In this document: in pieces, positions 1 to 10,650 of the stretch | How positions within the stretch are numbered: the stretch's first letter is position 1 | Layout: each line of letters begins with the position of its first letter | From: Trueperaceae bacterium | Lineage (GTDB): Bacteria > Deinococcota > Deinococci > Deinococcales > Trueperaceae | Length of the DNA stretch: 64,000 nucleotides | Assembly: GCA_034520945.1 (NCBI GenBank) | Contig: JAXHNB010000006.1 | Coordinates: 352,001 to 416,000 of the forward strand | Direction: 5' to 3' | Translations under genes and position numbers: made by a program | The notes under the pieces: generated by a model | Told to the model about the DNA's origin: nothing | Databases searched by the model: none | What the model saw: the letters and a program-made list of their open reading frames with translations, nothing else

Positions 1-1934
1 GGAGGTGGTGCGCCATCCGCGCTGGGCCAGCCCGCGGCCTCGGCACACGCCAGTTCCAGGACTCGCCGGCCGAGCGGATGGATCAGGTTGGTCGCCTCGG
101 CCAACGACACGAACCGGGCGGGTTCGATCAGGCCCCACTCCGGGTGCTTCCAGCGCACCAGCGCCTCCGCCGCGACGATGCGGCCGGTGCCGAGCGAGAC
201 CCGCGGCTGGTAGTGCACCTCGAACTCGTCTTTGTGAAGCGCGTCGCGCAGGGCGCCTTCCAGCATCATGCGCTGTTGCGCGCCGGCCTCCATCTCGTCG
301 GCGAAGAAGCGGTACGTGCCCTTACCGGCCTTCTTCGCGTGGTACATGGCGATGTCGGCGTGCCGCAGCAGGTCTCCGAGGGTGTGCCCGTCGTGCGGGC
401 ACAGGCTGATGCCGATGCTGGCACCGACGCGAACGTCGTACGACTCCACGTCGATCGGCTTTTGCAGCGCGTCGATGATCCGTTGGGCCGTCGCGACCGC
501 GTCGTCGCCGACGCCCGGACCGGAGAGGAGCACCGTGAACTCGTCCCCTCCGAGTCGCGCAACGAAGCCGTCGTCGTGCTTGACGCTTCGTTGGATACGC
601 CGGGCCACCTCGCGCAGCACCGTGTCGCCCGCGGGATGCCCCAGCGAATCGTTGATCGGCTTCAGGTTGTCCAGATCGACGAACAACACCGCGTGCGCGG
701 GGTAGGTGCGGCCCGCGTCCAAGCGCTGCTGGAGCTGGTCCTTGAAGGCGGCACGGTTGGGGAGGCCGGTGAGGGGATCCTCGTACGCCTGGACGTACAG
801 CGAGCGTTCCAGATCGAAGCGCCGCATCAGCGACGCGACCTGCCCACCGAAGATGCGGGCCATCTCGAGCTCGTCCTCGCCGAACGCGTCGGGATCCTCG
901 TAGTTGTCGAGCGTCAGGTAGGCGGTCATCTCGTCCCCCACCAAGATCGGGACGTTCAGCACGGCCCTGAGCTCCTCGAAGCGGCCTTCGTCGGCGAGGG
1001 CGGCGGCGTCCGGGGGATCGAGGGCCTCGTGGAGTCGTGGGTGACGCACCACGAACGGACGCCCGTCCTGGCTGGACTGTCCGAACGAGACCGCTTCGGG
1101 TGGGATCCGCACGGTCCGGAGCCGCTCCAGGTCGAAGCCGACCACCGCGGAGAACCGGAATGCGCCGTCGTGGGCGCGCTTGAGGATGGCGGCGGTGGAC
1201 GCGCCGGGGATGACCCGGACGGCCTCCTCCAGCAGGCGCTGGTCGAACGAACCTGGGTCGCTCTCGTCCAGCCCCAGCTCCACCAGGCTCATCACACTGC
1301 GGCGGAACTCCGCCATCGTCCGGGCGTAGCGTTCGCTCTGACGGAGCACGGCGGTCTCATTGTCGTGGCCCAGCGCCAACTCGGCCAGGCTGGCCGCGGC
1401 GCGCACGACCTCGAGCTCCTCACCAGTGGGCGCGCGGGGTGCATCGTGGTGTACTGCCAAAACGCCTTCGATGCCCCCGCCCGGAAGGCGCAACGGCAGC
1501 AACCAGCAGGCCTGGATGCCCGCGGCGACCGCCACGCTGCTGAAGGCGCCGTCGCCCGATCGGTCGGCGACGTCGTCGACCACCACGAGGTCGTCCTGGC
1601 GGACCGCCTCGGCGTAGGCGCATGTGTCCTCGGCCACGGCCAAGCCGTTCACGGCGTGGACGTAGCTTTCCGGCAAACGGGGTGCAGCCTCCACGTTCAG
1701 GGTCCCGGCGGAGGGATCGAGGCGCAGGACGGCGCAGCGCGCGCCCGGCAACTGCGTGTCCACCATGGTGCAGATCATGGTCAGGCGCGCATCGGACCCG
1801 GCATCGTGCGGCGCGTGCGCGCGTGGTGCGTCCGAACGGCTCGGCGGGGACGATGGTGCGCCGGACGCGCCGGCGGGCCCCCGCCGCGCCGCGTCCGTGT
1901 CCACCGTTGGCCGAGATTCCGATCCGTCGCTCAC
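1..1934 (-). CDS. GAF-GGDEF-EAL diguanylate cyclase/phosphodiesterase, 3' end outside window
   Basis: Manual minus-strand translation gives VARLGGDEFTV (~530-565) and IVAAEALVRWKHPEWGLIEP (~115-180); GTG start at 1934 after GGAGGG; absent from ORF track because there is no stop in the window. Confidence 0.9.
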   Translation of the reverse strand, partial: MSDGSESRPTVDTDAARRGPAGASGAPSSPPSRSDAPRAHAPHDAGSDARLTMICTMVDTQLPGARCAVLRLDPSAGTLNVEAAPRLPESYVHAVNGLAVAEDTCAYAEAVRQDDLVVVDDVADRSGDGAFSSVAVAAGIQACWLLPLRLPGGGIEGVLAVHHDAPRAPTGEELEVVRAAASLAELALGHDNETAVLRQSERYARTMAEFRRSVMSLVELGLDESDPGSFDQRLLEEAVRVIPGASTAAILKRAHDGAFRFSAVVGFDLERLRTVRIPPEAVSFGQSSQDGRPFVVRHPRLHEALDPPDAAALADEGRFEELRAVLNVPILVGDEMTAYLTLDNYEDPDAFGEDELEMARIFGGQVASLMRRFDLERSLYVQAYEDPLTGLPNRAAFKDQLQQRLDAGRTYPAHAVLFVDLDNLKPINDSLGHPAGDTVLREVARRIQRSVKHDDGFVARLGGDEFTVLLSGPGVGDDAVATAQRIIDALQKPIDVESYDVRVGASIGISLCPHDGHTLGDLLRHADIAMYHAKKAGKGTYRFFADEMEAGAQQRMMLEGALRDALHKDEFEVHYQPRVSLGTGRIVAAEALVRWKHPEWGLIEPARFVSLAEATNLIHPLGRRVLELACAEAAGWPSADGAPP

Positions 1935-2033
1935 GCCCTCCACCCGTTTCCGCAGGCTCGTCGCAGGCAAGCCTAGCCGATCACGGCAGGGAGGACGAGG
2001 GCGAGTGGCGAATGCAACGCGGCCGGGAGTGGG

Positions 2034-2657
2034 TCAGGGCATCTCGTTGCTGTCGGGGTTTCGGGACCGCGCCGTAGGTATCTCAGCACGCATTCGGTCG
2101 ATCAGCCACAGGTGCCGGTCGGTGTGCGCGACCACGGCCTCGAACGCCTGGATGGCGCGCAGGCGTGGCAGCGGCGTGACCGGCGAGGGAACGATCGCCC
2201 GACCCAGGTCGACGCCGCCGGCGCGCTCCAAGGTCGCGAGAAGCGCGTCCTGCGCCTCGTGGAAGGTGCCGGACGCGGCGTCCCGTCCCGCGACGGGCGG
2301 AGGTTGGACCTTCTTGGGCGAGGACATGCGCCGCCGGACGGGGGGCGCGATGGAGCGTACGACCAGGCGACCGATCGGCCCGCGCCGGTAGGGCCCCTCG
2401 CCCTTGGGGCCGCGTTCTCGGGCGCGCGCGATCACGCGCCTCAGTTCGCTGACGTACAGGTCGGTGAAGATCGCGACGTGCGCCAGGTGCTCTGCGATCG
2501 ACCATCGCGCGGGATCGGGGCGTCGTTGGAGCTGGTCGTCGGGTAGCTCGCCGAGGAGTGCGGCGACACGCGCATTCTGCGCCTCGACGTCCATGCGAAT
2601 GCGGTCGCGCTCGGAATCCAACGCGGGCTCCTCTCGAAGGGCGTTGGCACGAAGCAT
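2034..2657 (-). CDS. DinB-superfamily protein
   Basis: RPDPARWSIAEHLAHV and C-terminal HTDRHL motifs; start chosen at ATG 2657 to avoid overlap with the upstream gene. Confidence 0.8.
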   Translation of the reverse strand: MLRANALREEPALDSERDRIRMDVEAQNARVAALLGELPDDQLQRRPDPARWSIAEHLAHVAIFTDLYVSELRRVIARARERGPKGEGPYRRGPIGRLVVRSIAPPVRRRMSSPKKVQPPPVAGRDAASGTFHEAQDALLATLERAGGVDLGRAIVPSPVTPLPRLRAIQAFEAVVAHTDRHLWLIDRMRAEIPTARSRNPDSNEMP

Positions 2658-2689
2658 AGGACTGCGCTTGCCGGGGATGCAAGGCGCGC

Positions 2690-4021
2690 CTACGCCTCCG
2701 CGATGTCCGTGAACGCGAACTCCAGCCCCTTGAGCACCTGCTCGTAGTTCCACAACAGGCTGGACGCGCTGTTGGCGCCCAACCAGAGGTGGGCGATCGC
2801 GAAGCTGTAGCTGTCCTGTTCAGGAAGGTCGCTGAGGCGCATGCCTTCGCGTACCTGCAGGGCGATGCGGGTGCCGGGCACGCGCGCTTCGGCGGCGGCG
2901 ACCTCCTCGGGCGTGGGGCAGCGCGCCACCGTGGCGTCACGGAAGAACACGCGGTAGAAGAAGTTGGCCGACACCTTGAAGGCACCCTCTCGGCGCGGCA
3001 TCTCCGGGCGGCGGCCGAGGCCCAGGTCGACGCTGACCTGTTGGTGGCTCAGCCCGTCGACCTGCTCGAACAGGTCGCAGTGCCCCTGGGCGACGCGGGT
3101 GTTGATCTCGAGCAGCCAGATGCGGTCCTGCACCTCGTCCCAGAAGAACTCGATGTTGAACGCGCCGTGGTCGTAGCCGACGTGCTCCATCACACTTCGG
3201 GCCAGGTCGTGCATCCTGCGCTGCACCCGTTCGGGGAGGCGCGAGGGGTAGAGGTAGTAGGCGAAGCTGAGCACCTGCGGGTAGCGGATCGAGTCGATGA
3301 TGGCGTAGGAGGTCACCTCGCCGTCGTGCGCGTACCCCTCCAGGGTGCACTGCCGGCCGCCGATCATCTGTTCGGCCATACAGCAGTGTCCCTCGACCGC
3401 GCGGACGTGCTCCGGCAGGTCCGCTTGTCCCAGCACGTGGTTGAACGGCTCGGCAATGACGAGGATCTCGGCGCGGATCCGGGCCAACGCGTCGGCGAAA
3501 TCCTCGGGGCTGTCGATACGGAACCCCAACCGCGAGCCGGAGGATTTGATCGGCTTCACGAAGAAGGGGAACGAAAGCCCCGCTTGGCCGATCTTCTGTA
3601 GCGCGTCGTCGTCGAAGGGATCGAACCAGGTGAAGGTGGGGACGTGCTCCGGGATGACCTCGCGCTGGACGGTGCGACTCCAGTACTTGTGCTCGCACTT
3701 CAGCAGCGCCTCCAGCGACACCGAGCGCGTACCGAACGTACGGCACAGGATCGGCAGCATGGTGGAAACGGGGAAGTCCATGTAGCCGATGATGGCGTCG
3801 ATGGGCCCGTCGAAGGCCCGAAGCTGCCGCTCGGCGGTCTCCAGCATCGCCGCGATGTTCCAGTCGTCGGTGTCGTACACCGCGGCGGGGTCGATGACGC
3901 CGTGGAACGTGACGTCCTCCACGCCGCGGAGGCGCTGCAGGCGCGCGTGGTTCAGGTCGTTCAGGCCGATCACGAACACGTTCTTGGTCGCTGGTTCTTG
4001 GTTCGCTGCGTCCTTGCTCAC
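2690..4021 (-). CDS. ATP-grasp domain ligase (biotin carboxylase-like family)
   Basis: FPFFVKPIKS, AEQMIGG, FNIEFF and LLEINTR ATP-grasp motifs; 443 aa. Confidence 0.85.
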   Translation of the reverse strand: MSKDAANQEPATKNVFVIGLNDLNHARLQRLRGVEDVTFHGVIDPAAVYDTDDWNIAAMLETAERQLRAFDGPIDAIIGYMDFPVSTMLPILCRTFGTRSVSLEALLKCEHKYWSRTVQREVIPEHVPTFTWFDPFDDDALQKIGQAGLSFPFFVKPIKSSGSRLGFRIDSPEDFADALARIRAEILVIAEPFNHVLGQADLPEHVRAVEGHCCMAEQMIGGRQCTLEGYAHDGEVTSYAIIDSIRYPQVLSFAYYLYPSRLPERVQRRMHDLARSVMEHVGYDHGAFNIEFFWDEVQDRIWLLEINTRVAQGHCDLFEQVDGLSHQQVSVDLGLGRRPEMPRREGAFKVSANFFYRVFFRDATVARCPTPEEVAAAEARVPGTRIALQVREGMRLSDLPEQDSYSFAIAHLWLGANSASSLLWNYEQVLKGLEFAFTDIAEA

Positions 4022-4087
4022 TGATGCCTCCTCGAAGGCGTTCCTTCCGTGTGGCCGTGCACGTCACGATGCATCACCGCGGGCCCC

Positions 4088-6709
4088 TTACCCCACGGCC
4101 GGGGCTTGCCCGCGGAAGCTGCGCCCCTTGAGCCGCTGAATCGTGCCGGCGATGTCGTCGATGAGGAGGAGCAGCAGGTCGCCCTCGCTCGCCGCGTCCA
4201 TCGCCCGGCCGATCGCTTCGTGCTCGTCCATGACGATCTCGACCCGGGCCGTGCCGGGGTCCGCCGCGCCGCGCCGCATGAGCTCCGCGGCCTCACCGGC
4301 GGGCCGTCCGCGCGGGTCGGTCTCGCAGATGAACAGCTTCTGACACATCGCCGCCAGGTGCGTCCCCAACGCCGCGAGGTCCTCGTCGCGGCGGTTGCCC
4401 GGGGCACTGGCGACGCCGATGCAGCGCCCGGTCGTCAGTCCACGCACGAGGGGCGCAAGGGCCCTCATGGCGGGCACGTTGTGGCCGTAGTCGATCAGGC
4501 AGCGGATGCCGTCGGCTTCGATCAGGTTGGTGCGGCCCGGCAGTTGGGCCGGGGTGGGGTGGAAGGTCTGGAGCCCCATGGTGACGTCCCCCAGGGTGAG
4601 GCCCAGCGCGTACCCGGCGGCCGCCGCGGCCATGGCGTTTTGCACGTTGAAGGGCGCGTGCCCCTCGAAGGCGATGGGGACGTCCTCGACCTCGATCACC
4701 TCGGCCTCGACCTGACCCTGGCGCATGACGATCCGTCCGCCGGCGACGGTGAACACCGTGCCGTGGTCGGCGACGTGGGCATGCAGCGCCTCGGCGTCGG
4801 GGTTCATCGAGAAGTAGACGATCTTGCCGCGTGACCATTCGGTGCCCCACGCCATCACGCGCGGGTCGTCGGCGTTCAGAACGCAGGTGCCGCCGGGCTT
4901 GACCGCGTCCACGACGACCGTCTTGCAGCGGGCCAGTTCGTCGAGGGTGCGGATGTCGTGCTCGCCCAGGTGGTCGCTGTCGATGTTCAACAGGACGCCG
5001 ACGTCGCAGGCGTCGAAGCCCAGCCCGCGCCGCATGATGCCGCCCCGCGCGACCTCCAGCACCGCGTGGTCCACCGTCGGTTCCTTCAGCACCACCCCGG
5101 CCGCCATCGGGCCGGAGTAATCGCCGCGCATGATGACGTGGTTGTCGATCTCGATGGTGCCGGTGCAGGCCATGCCGACCTTGCGCCCCGCCTGGCGCAG
5201 CAGGTGCGCGATCAGGCGCGTGGTGGTCGTCTTGCCGTTGGTGCCGGTGATCGCGACGATCGGGATGCGCCCATCGTCCGCCGGGTCGGGGAACAACATG
5301 TCGACGACGGCCTCGCCGACGGGACGGCCGGTGCCGTGCGTGGGCGACATGTGCATGCGGAAGCCGGGACCGGCGTTGACCTCCACCACCCCGGCGGCCT
5401 GTTCCTCCAAGGGGCGGCTCAGCGTCTCGGCCAGCAGGTCGATGCCGATCACGTCCAGCCCGATCAGCCGTGCGATCCGTTCGGCGGCGTAGCGGACCTC
5501 GGGATGGACGTCGTCCGTGAGGTCCGTCGCGGTGCCGCCGGTGGAGATGTTGGCGGTGGACTTCAGCCACACGTACTGATCGTCCGGGATCACGTCGTCG
5601 AAGGTGAGGCCGGCCTGGGCGACCAAACGTTCCGTCTGCTCGTCCACGCCGATCTGGGTCAGCAGGTTCTCGTGCCCGACGCCCCGCCGCGGGTCGGCGT
5701 TGGTGGCCGTGATCAGCTCCCGCAACGTCGACCGGCCGTCCCCCACCACGTGGGCGGGGCGGCGGCGCGCGGCGGCGATCAGCGTGCCGTCGATGACCAA
5801 CAGCCGGTGGTCCTCGCCGTGCACGTAGCGTTCCACCACCACGGCGTCGTTGCGGCGCAAGGCGGCCTCGAAGCCGTCCCGAAGCTCCTCGGGCGTGGTG
5901 ATCCCGGTGGTCACGCCGCGCCCGTGATTGCCGGACAGCGGCTTGGTGACCACGGGGTAGCCGAGGTCCTCCGCGGCCGCCAGCACCTCCTCCCACGCGT
6001 AGCAGACATGCCCGCGGGGGACCGGGACGCCGGCCTCCCCGAGGATCTGCTTGGTCCATTCCTTGTCGTCGGCGATGGCGTGCCCGAGGATGTGGGTCTT
6101 GCACGTCACCGTGGCCTGGAAGCGCTGCTGCTTGGCGCCGTGCCCCAACTGGATGTAGCTGGTGTCGGTGGTGAGGCGGAAGTGGGGGATGCCACGCCGC
6201 GCGGCCGCCGCCACGATGGCGCCGGTCGAGGGCCCCAGCATGTTGGCGTCCCGTACCGCCTTGAGCCGGTCCACGGCGGCGTCGATGTCGAACTCGGCAC
6301 CGTCGAACATGGCCTGGACCAGCGCGACGGCCTCGGTGCCGGCGGCAAGCCCGCACGCCTCGTCGCGGTAGCGGTAGACGACGTGGTAGATGCCTTCGTC
6401 GTAACTGTCGACCGTCTTGCCGTAGCCGACCGAGAAGCCGATCGCATTCTGCAGCTCGATCGCGACGTGCTCGACCACGTGACCGGCGTACGTGCCGCGC
6501 TCCAGGCGCTGCAGAAACCCGCCCGGCACGCCGACGGAACAGCGGTGCTCGCCCAGGCCGGGCAGTAGCGCGGTCAGGCGTTCGCCCATGGCGGGCACCG
6601 TGTCGCTGGGGCGCTGGTCGAGGTCGCCGATGTCGAGCCGCATGTAGATGGCCTGGTAGCGGCTGTAGAAGTTGGGGCCCCGCAGGGCCCGATGCTCGAG
6701 GATGTTCAT
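4088..6709 (-). CDS. cphA: cyanophycin synthetase
   Basis: 873 aa; N domain with C-x19-HxxEH, ATP-grasp (KPLSGNHGRGV, EVNAGPG) and Mur-ligase domain (ITGTNGKTT, DYGHN); next to cphB. Confidence 0.97.
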   Translation of the reverse strand: MNILEHRALRGPNFYSRYQAIYMRLDIGDLDQRPSDTVPAMGERLTALLPGLGEHRCSVGVPGGFLQRLERGTYAGHVVEHVAIELQNAIGFSVGYGKTVDSYDEGIYHVVYRYRDEACGLAAGTEAVALVQAMFDGAEFDIDAAVDRLKAVRDANMLGPSTGAIVAAAARRGIPHFRLTTDTSYIQLGHGAKQQRFQATVTCKTHILGHAIADDKEWTKQILGEAGVPVPRGHVCYAWEEVLAAAEDLGYPVVTKPLSGNHGRGVTTGITTPEELRDGFEAALRRNDAVVVERYVHGEDHRLLVIDGTLIAAARRRPAHVVGDGRSTLRELITATNADPRRGVGHENLLTQIGVDEQTERLVAQAGLTFDDVIPDDQYVWLKSTANISTGGTATDLTDDVHPEVRYAAERIARLIGLDVIGIDLLAETLSRPLEEQAAGVVEVNAGPGFRMHMSPTHGTGRPVGEAVVDMLFPDPADDGRIPIVAITGTNGKTTTTRLIAHLLRQAGRKVGMACTGTIEIDNHVIMRGDYSGPMAAGVVLKEPTVDHAVLEVARGGIMRRGLGFDACDVGVLLNIDSDHLGEHDIRTLDELARCKTVVVDAVKPGGTCVLNADDPRVMAWGTEWSRGKIVYFSMNPDAEALHAHVADHGTVFTVAGGRIVMRQGQVEAEVIEVEDVPIAFEGHAPFNVQNAMAAAAAGYALGLTLGDVTMGLQTFHPTPAQLPGRTNLIEADGIRCLIDYGHNVPAMRALAPLVRGLTTGRCIGVASAPGNRRDEDLAALGTHLAAMCQKLFICETDPRGRPAGEAAELMRRGAADPGTARVEIVMDEHEAIGRAMDAASEGDLLLLLIDDIAGTIQRLKGRSFRGQAPAVG

Positions 6710-6722
6710 GTCGTCGGGGTCG

Positions 6723-7589
6723 TCATGCGGAATCTGCCTCCGAGGGCTGGGCGTAGGACGTGCCGGGATTCAGGAACGCGCGTGGATTCACGTCGTAGCC
6801 GTACCCGTGGGTGAGGGCGTGAACGATCACGTGTTCCACCGCCACCGGCTCCCCGACCTCCAGCTCAGCGATGTTGGAGTGTCGCAGGTCGCTGCTGTCG
6901 ACGATGATCACGATGCCTTCCCCGATGGCTTCGAGCACCGGGCCGGGGTGGATGATCACGCCGGCGTCTTCTCCCAGGCCCACCCCGACGTACTCGGGGT
7001 TGGTGGCGCCGACCTCCATCAGCCTCGTGAACCGCCCACGCCGCAGGAAGTGGCTGTCGATCACGAGCCCCCGCACGAAGCCGAGCCCGCCGCTCATCTT
7101 TACCGCGCCCTTGCGCAGGGCGTCCGCGGCGGCCCCGTCGTAGATCATGGTGGCCGACATGGCGGCCGCGCCGGCACTGGTGCCGGCTACCACCGCCCCA
7201 TCGGCGCGGCGGGCCCGGATGGCGTCCAGCATGGCCGAGCCGCCCAGAACGTTCGTCAGCCGCAACTGGTCGCCGCCGCTGATGAAGATCACGCCGCACG
7301 CTTGGAGCGTCGCCAGCTTCGTCTCGTCCTGCGCGTCGGTGCGGGACCGGACGTCGAGGAAGTGCACGCGGCTGGCCCCGAGATCCTGAAAGGTCTGGCG
7401 GTACCCGGCGAACACCTTGTCGGGGACGGTGCTGGCGGTGGTGATCACGCCGACCTCGACGGCGTCGGTCGAAGCGAGGCTCATCACGCGCTGCAGGACG
7501 GCCGAGCGCGAGGTCTTGTCCTCCGCGCCGCCGATGGCGATCAGGGCGCCCGGTTGGGGCGCGGCGTCGGGATTCACGGGACGCGGCAT
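6723..7589 (-). CDS. cphB: cyanophycinase (peptidase S51)
   Basis: IGGAEDK, SGGDQLRL, GTSAGA nucleophile motif, IDSHFLRRGRF, GLGED. Confidence 0.95.
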   Translation of the reverse strand: MPRPVNPDAAPQPGALIAIGGAEDKTSRSAVLQRVMSLASTDAVEVGVITTASTVPDKVFAGYRQTFQDLGASRVHFLDVRSRTDAQDETKLATLQACGVIFISGGDQLRLTNVLGGSAMLDAIRARRADGAVVAGTSAGAAAMSATMIYDGAAADALRKGAVKMSGGLGFVRGLVIDSHFLRRGRFTRLMEVGATNPEYVGVGLGEDAGVIIHPGPVLEAIGEGIVIIVDSSDLRHSNIAELEVGEPVAVEHVIVHALTHGYGYDVNPRAFLNPGTSYAQPSEADSA

Positions 7590-7891
7590 TCGCGGCGGCG
7601 ACGCTCCCCGGCGAACAGGAACCGACGCCCGGGCTCACGCGGTCCCGACCAGGGCGGCCGCGGAGGAGACGAGACGAACGAAGGTCGAATCATGCGTACC
7701 TCCGGCCGGAAACGCTGCGCTCGGGCACGCCCGATCGCATCCCCCCGGCCCATGCCTCGTCCTCCGCCTGGCTGTCGTGCGTGGACGACGCGTACGTGTC
7801 ATGCTACCGCGTCCAAGGCCGAATGGTTCGCATGGCGGTCGCAGCAGGTCCCTACTTGTGACGCGCAAGGAAGCGGCGCCGTCGTGGTCCG

Positions 7892-9853
7892 TTAGGCCGG
7901 CGGGGCGTGCTCCGAGACGATCGCACGCACGCGCGCCCCGTCCAGCTCCTCCTCCTGCTGCAACGCCTCCGCCACCTGGTCGAGGGCGGCCCGATGCGCC
8001 TCGAGCGTGGTGCGGGCCCGGTCCATCGCCTCGCTGAGCAGTCGGTGGATCTCCTCGTCGATCTCGCGCTCGGTCCGTTCGCTGGTGTCGCGCCGCGCGG
8101 CCAGCTCCTCGCCCAGGAACACCTGGCCCTCCTGCCGCTTGAACGACACCGGGCCCAGGCGCTCGCTCATCCCGAACTCGCGCACCATGCGGCGCGCCAG
8201 GCGCGTGGCGTCCTGGAAGTCGGCGGCCGCGCCGGACGTCTCGGTCTCCAGGGCCAGCGTCTCCGCGGCGCGTCCGCCCATCACCACGGCGAGGCGGTCG
8301 ATGAGGTAGGAGCGTTCGTAGACGTACTTCTCGCGCTGCGGCAATTGTTGCGTGACACCCATCGATTGGCCGCGCGGCACGATCGAGACCTTCTCGACCG
8401 GCTCGGCGTGCGGCAACGTCGCGGCCAGCACGGCGTGGCCGGCCTCGTGGTAGGCGATCAGCGCCCGCTCCTCGTCGGTGAACGTCACCCCTTCGCGCTG
8501 GCGGCCCAGGAGCACCTTGTCCCTTGCGGCGGCGACGTCCGCCGCGCCGATGGTGTCCTTGCCCTGCCGGGCCGCTTCCAGGGCGGCCTCGTTGAGGACG
8601 TTCTCGAGGTCGGCGCCGGCGAGCCCCGGCGTGCCGCGCGCCAGCGCTTCGAGGTCGACGTCGTCCTCCAGCGGCTTGTCGCGCGCGTGGATCCGCAGGA
8701 TCGCCAGGCGGGCCTCCTTGTTGGGCAGGTCGATGGTGATCCGCCGGTCGAAGCGGCCGGGGCGCAGCAGGGCGGGGTCGAGCACGTCGGGCCGGTTGGT
8801 GGCCGCCATGACGACGACCTTCTCGTGCGGCTCGAAGCCGTCCATCTCCTTGAGCAGCTGGTTCAGGGTCTGTTCGCGCTCGTCGTGCCCCCCGCCGAGG
8901 CCGGCGCCGCGTTGGCGGCCGATCGAGTCGAGCTCGTCGATGAAGATGATCGCCGGCGCGCGCTCCTTGGCGTCACGGAACATGTCGCGCACGCGCGAGG
9001 CGCCCACGCCGACGAACATCTCCATGAAGTCCGATCCCGAAGTCGAGAAGAACGGCACGCCCGCCTCGCCGGCCACGGCGCGGGCCAGCATCGTCTTGCC
9101 CGTGCCGGGCGGCCCCAACAGCAGCAAGCCCGACGGCGTGCGGCCCCCCAGGCCCAGGAAGTGGTCCGGATCCCGCAGGAACGAGATCGTGTCCTGCAGT
9201 TCGTCTTTGGCGCCTTCGGTGCCCGCCACCTCGTCGAAGGTGACGTCGACGTCCTCGGTGTCGTACAGCTTCGCCTGGCTCTGACCGACCTGGAACATCC
9301 CGCCGCCGGGCCCGCCCTGCGCCTGCATGCGGCGCAGGAACCACGCGCCGATCCCCAGAAGCAGCAGAAGCGGCAACAGCCCGATCAGCAGCGGCGCCAG
9401 GAAGCCGTCGCGCGCCGGCTGCGTGTCGACCCGCACGTCGTGCTCGTTCATGAGGCGCAGCAGCTCGGGGTCGCCCCCGGCCGGCACGTACGTCAGGAAC
9501 GCGTCCACCGTGCGGCCTTCTGCGTCCGCCGCCCCATCCTGCGCACCCGCGCTCCCCTCCTCGCCCTCCAGCCCGTCGGCGGCGCTGCCGGCAGGACCGG
9601 CGCGGCCGTCCGGCGACAGCGTGACGGGGTCCGTGAACGTGCCCTCCAGGCGCTGACCTCGCCAGGTGACCGCGCCGACGTTGCCGTCACGAAGCTGCTG
9701 CCGGAACGTGCTGTACGGCACTTCGTCGACCTGCCGGCCGAACGGGTCGACGAGCAGCACCACGAGGGCGACCAGGAACAGGTAGAACCACCAGCGGCCG
9801 GGCCGGGGCGACGGTGAGCGGGGTGCTCGCGAACGCGGGTCGTCTTGGCTCAT
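7892..9853 (-). CDS. ftsH: ATP-dependent zinc metalloprotease FtsH
   Basis: Two TM segments, [39 protein letters not shown]. Confidence 0.97.
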   Translation of the reverse strand: MSQDDPRSRAPRSPSPRPGRWWFYLFLVALVVLLVDPFGRQVDEVPYSTFRQQLRDGNVGAVTWRGQRLEGTFTDPVTLSPDGRAGPAGSAADGLEGEEGSAGAQDGAADAEGRTVDAFLTYVPAGGDPELLRLMNEHDVRVDTQPARDGFLAPLLIGLLPLLLLLGIGAWFLRRMQAQGGPGGGMFQVGQSQAKLYDTEDVDVTFDEVAGTEGAKDELQDTISFLRDPDHFLGLGGRTPSGLLLLGPPGTGKTMLARAVAGEAGVPFFSTSGSDFMEMFVGVGASRVRDMFRDAKERAPAIIFIDELDSIGRQRGAGLGGGHDEREQTLNQLLKEMDGFEPHEKVVVMAATNRPDVLDPALLRPGRFDRRITIDLPNKEARLAILRIHARDKPLEDDVDLEALARGTPGLAGADLENVLNEAALEAARQGKDTIGAADVAAARDKVLLGRQREGVTFTDEERALIAYHEAGHAVLAATLPHAEPVEKVSIVPRGQSMGVTQQLPQREKYVYERSYLIDRLAVVMGGRAAETLALETETSGAAADFQDATRLARRMVREFGMSERLGPVSFKRQEGQVFLGEELAARRDTSERTEREIDEEIHRLLSEAMDRARTTLEAHRAALDQVAEALQQEEELDGARVRAIVSEHAPPA

Positions 9854-10529
9854 GGTGGCTCCTGCGCCTCGTGCCGGTTCGTACGGGCGCGTCGATGGGG
9901 GCGCTCAGTCCGACAGCGGCATCACGCGCTCGTTGCGCGTGAACACGCAGGTCCACGGGCTTCGCCTCGCCTTCGACCACGAGCGTCAAGTACAGGCGAA
10001 ATGTCGTGCCGGTGCGCGCGTCCTCCCGCACGAACGGCCGCACCGTCCAGCCGCCCTCGCCGGACACGTTCACGGCCGGAACCACGAAGTCGTCCAGATG
10101 CGCCGAAGGCGGCACCACCGTGGGTGGGCTGGGGCGATGCGCCTCCTCCGCACGGACGCCGCGATGCGCGACGCGCGAGGTGGCGCCACCCGGCAGCACC
10201 ATGCTGCTCTGGTCCCAAAGGACCTCGATGGCGCGGCCCGACTCGTTGTGCAACGTGAACTGGATGCGCGCCGGCCCGTAGTCGCCGCGGGTGCTCACCA
10301 GCGGCGTACGGGGCCCGAGGCCGAGGCGCAGCCGGAAGGCGTCGGTCTGGTAGGCCCACCCGTCCTCGGTCCTAAGGACGCGATGGCCGTCCACGCTCAA
10401 CTCGTAGTAGGGTTCGTACTTCTCCACGCGAGGCTCGGCGGAGGCGTCCGGCTCGGTCGCGGGCGCGCAGCTGACGGCCACGAGCATGAGCGCGAGGATC
10501 GGAATGGTGTGTGCGATCAACCTCGTCAT
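9687..10529 (-). CDS. hypothetical lipoprotein (3' end overlaps ftsH start, true stop uncertain)
   Basis: MTRLIAHTIPILALMLVAVSC lipobox after GAGGGG; globular region to about 9940. Confidence 0.6.
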   Translation of the reverse strand: MTRLIAHTIPILALMLVAVSCAPATEPDASAEPRVEKYEPYYELSVDGHRVLRTEDGWAYQTDAFRLRLGLGPRTPLVSTRGDYGPARIQFTLHNESGRAIEVLWDQSSMVLPGGATSRVAHRGVRAEEAHRPSPPTVVPPSAHLDDFVVPAVNVSGEGGWTVRPFVREDARTGTTFRLYLTLVVEGEAKPVDLRVHAQRARDAAVGLSAPIDAPVRTGTRRRSHHEPRRPAFASTPLTVAPARPLVVLPVPGRPRGAARRPVRPAGRRSAVQHVPAAAS

Positions 10530-10650
10530 GGCGTCCCCTCTCGTCGATGCGTCGGGCGTTGCTGGGGCGAATGGTACACGACGCCCGGGTGAGGAACGAC
10601 GAGCGTGGGCGGCCGTGCGATTCGGTGCATGCCACTCCTCGCGGTGCCCT

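Noticed and set aside
78..1976. 632-aa plus-strand ORF
   Set aside because: In-register antisense shadow of the GGDEF-EAL gene
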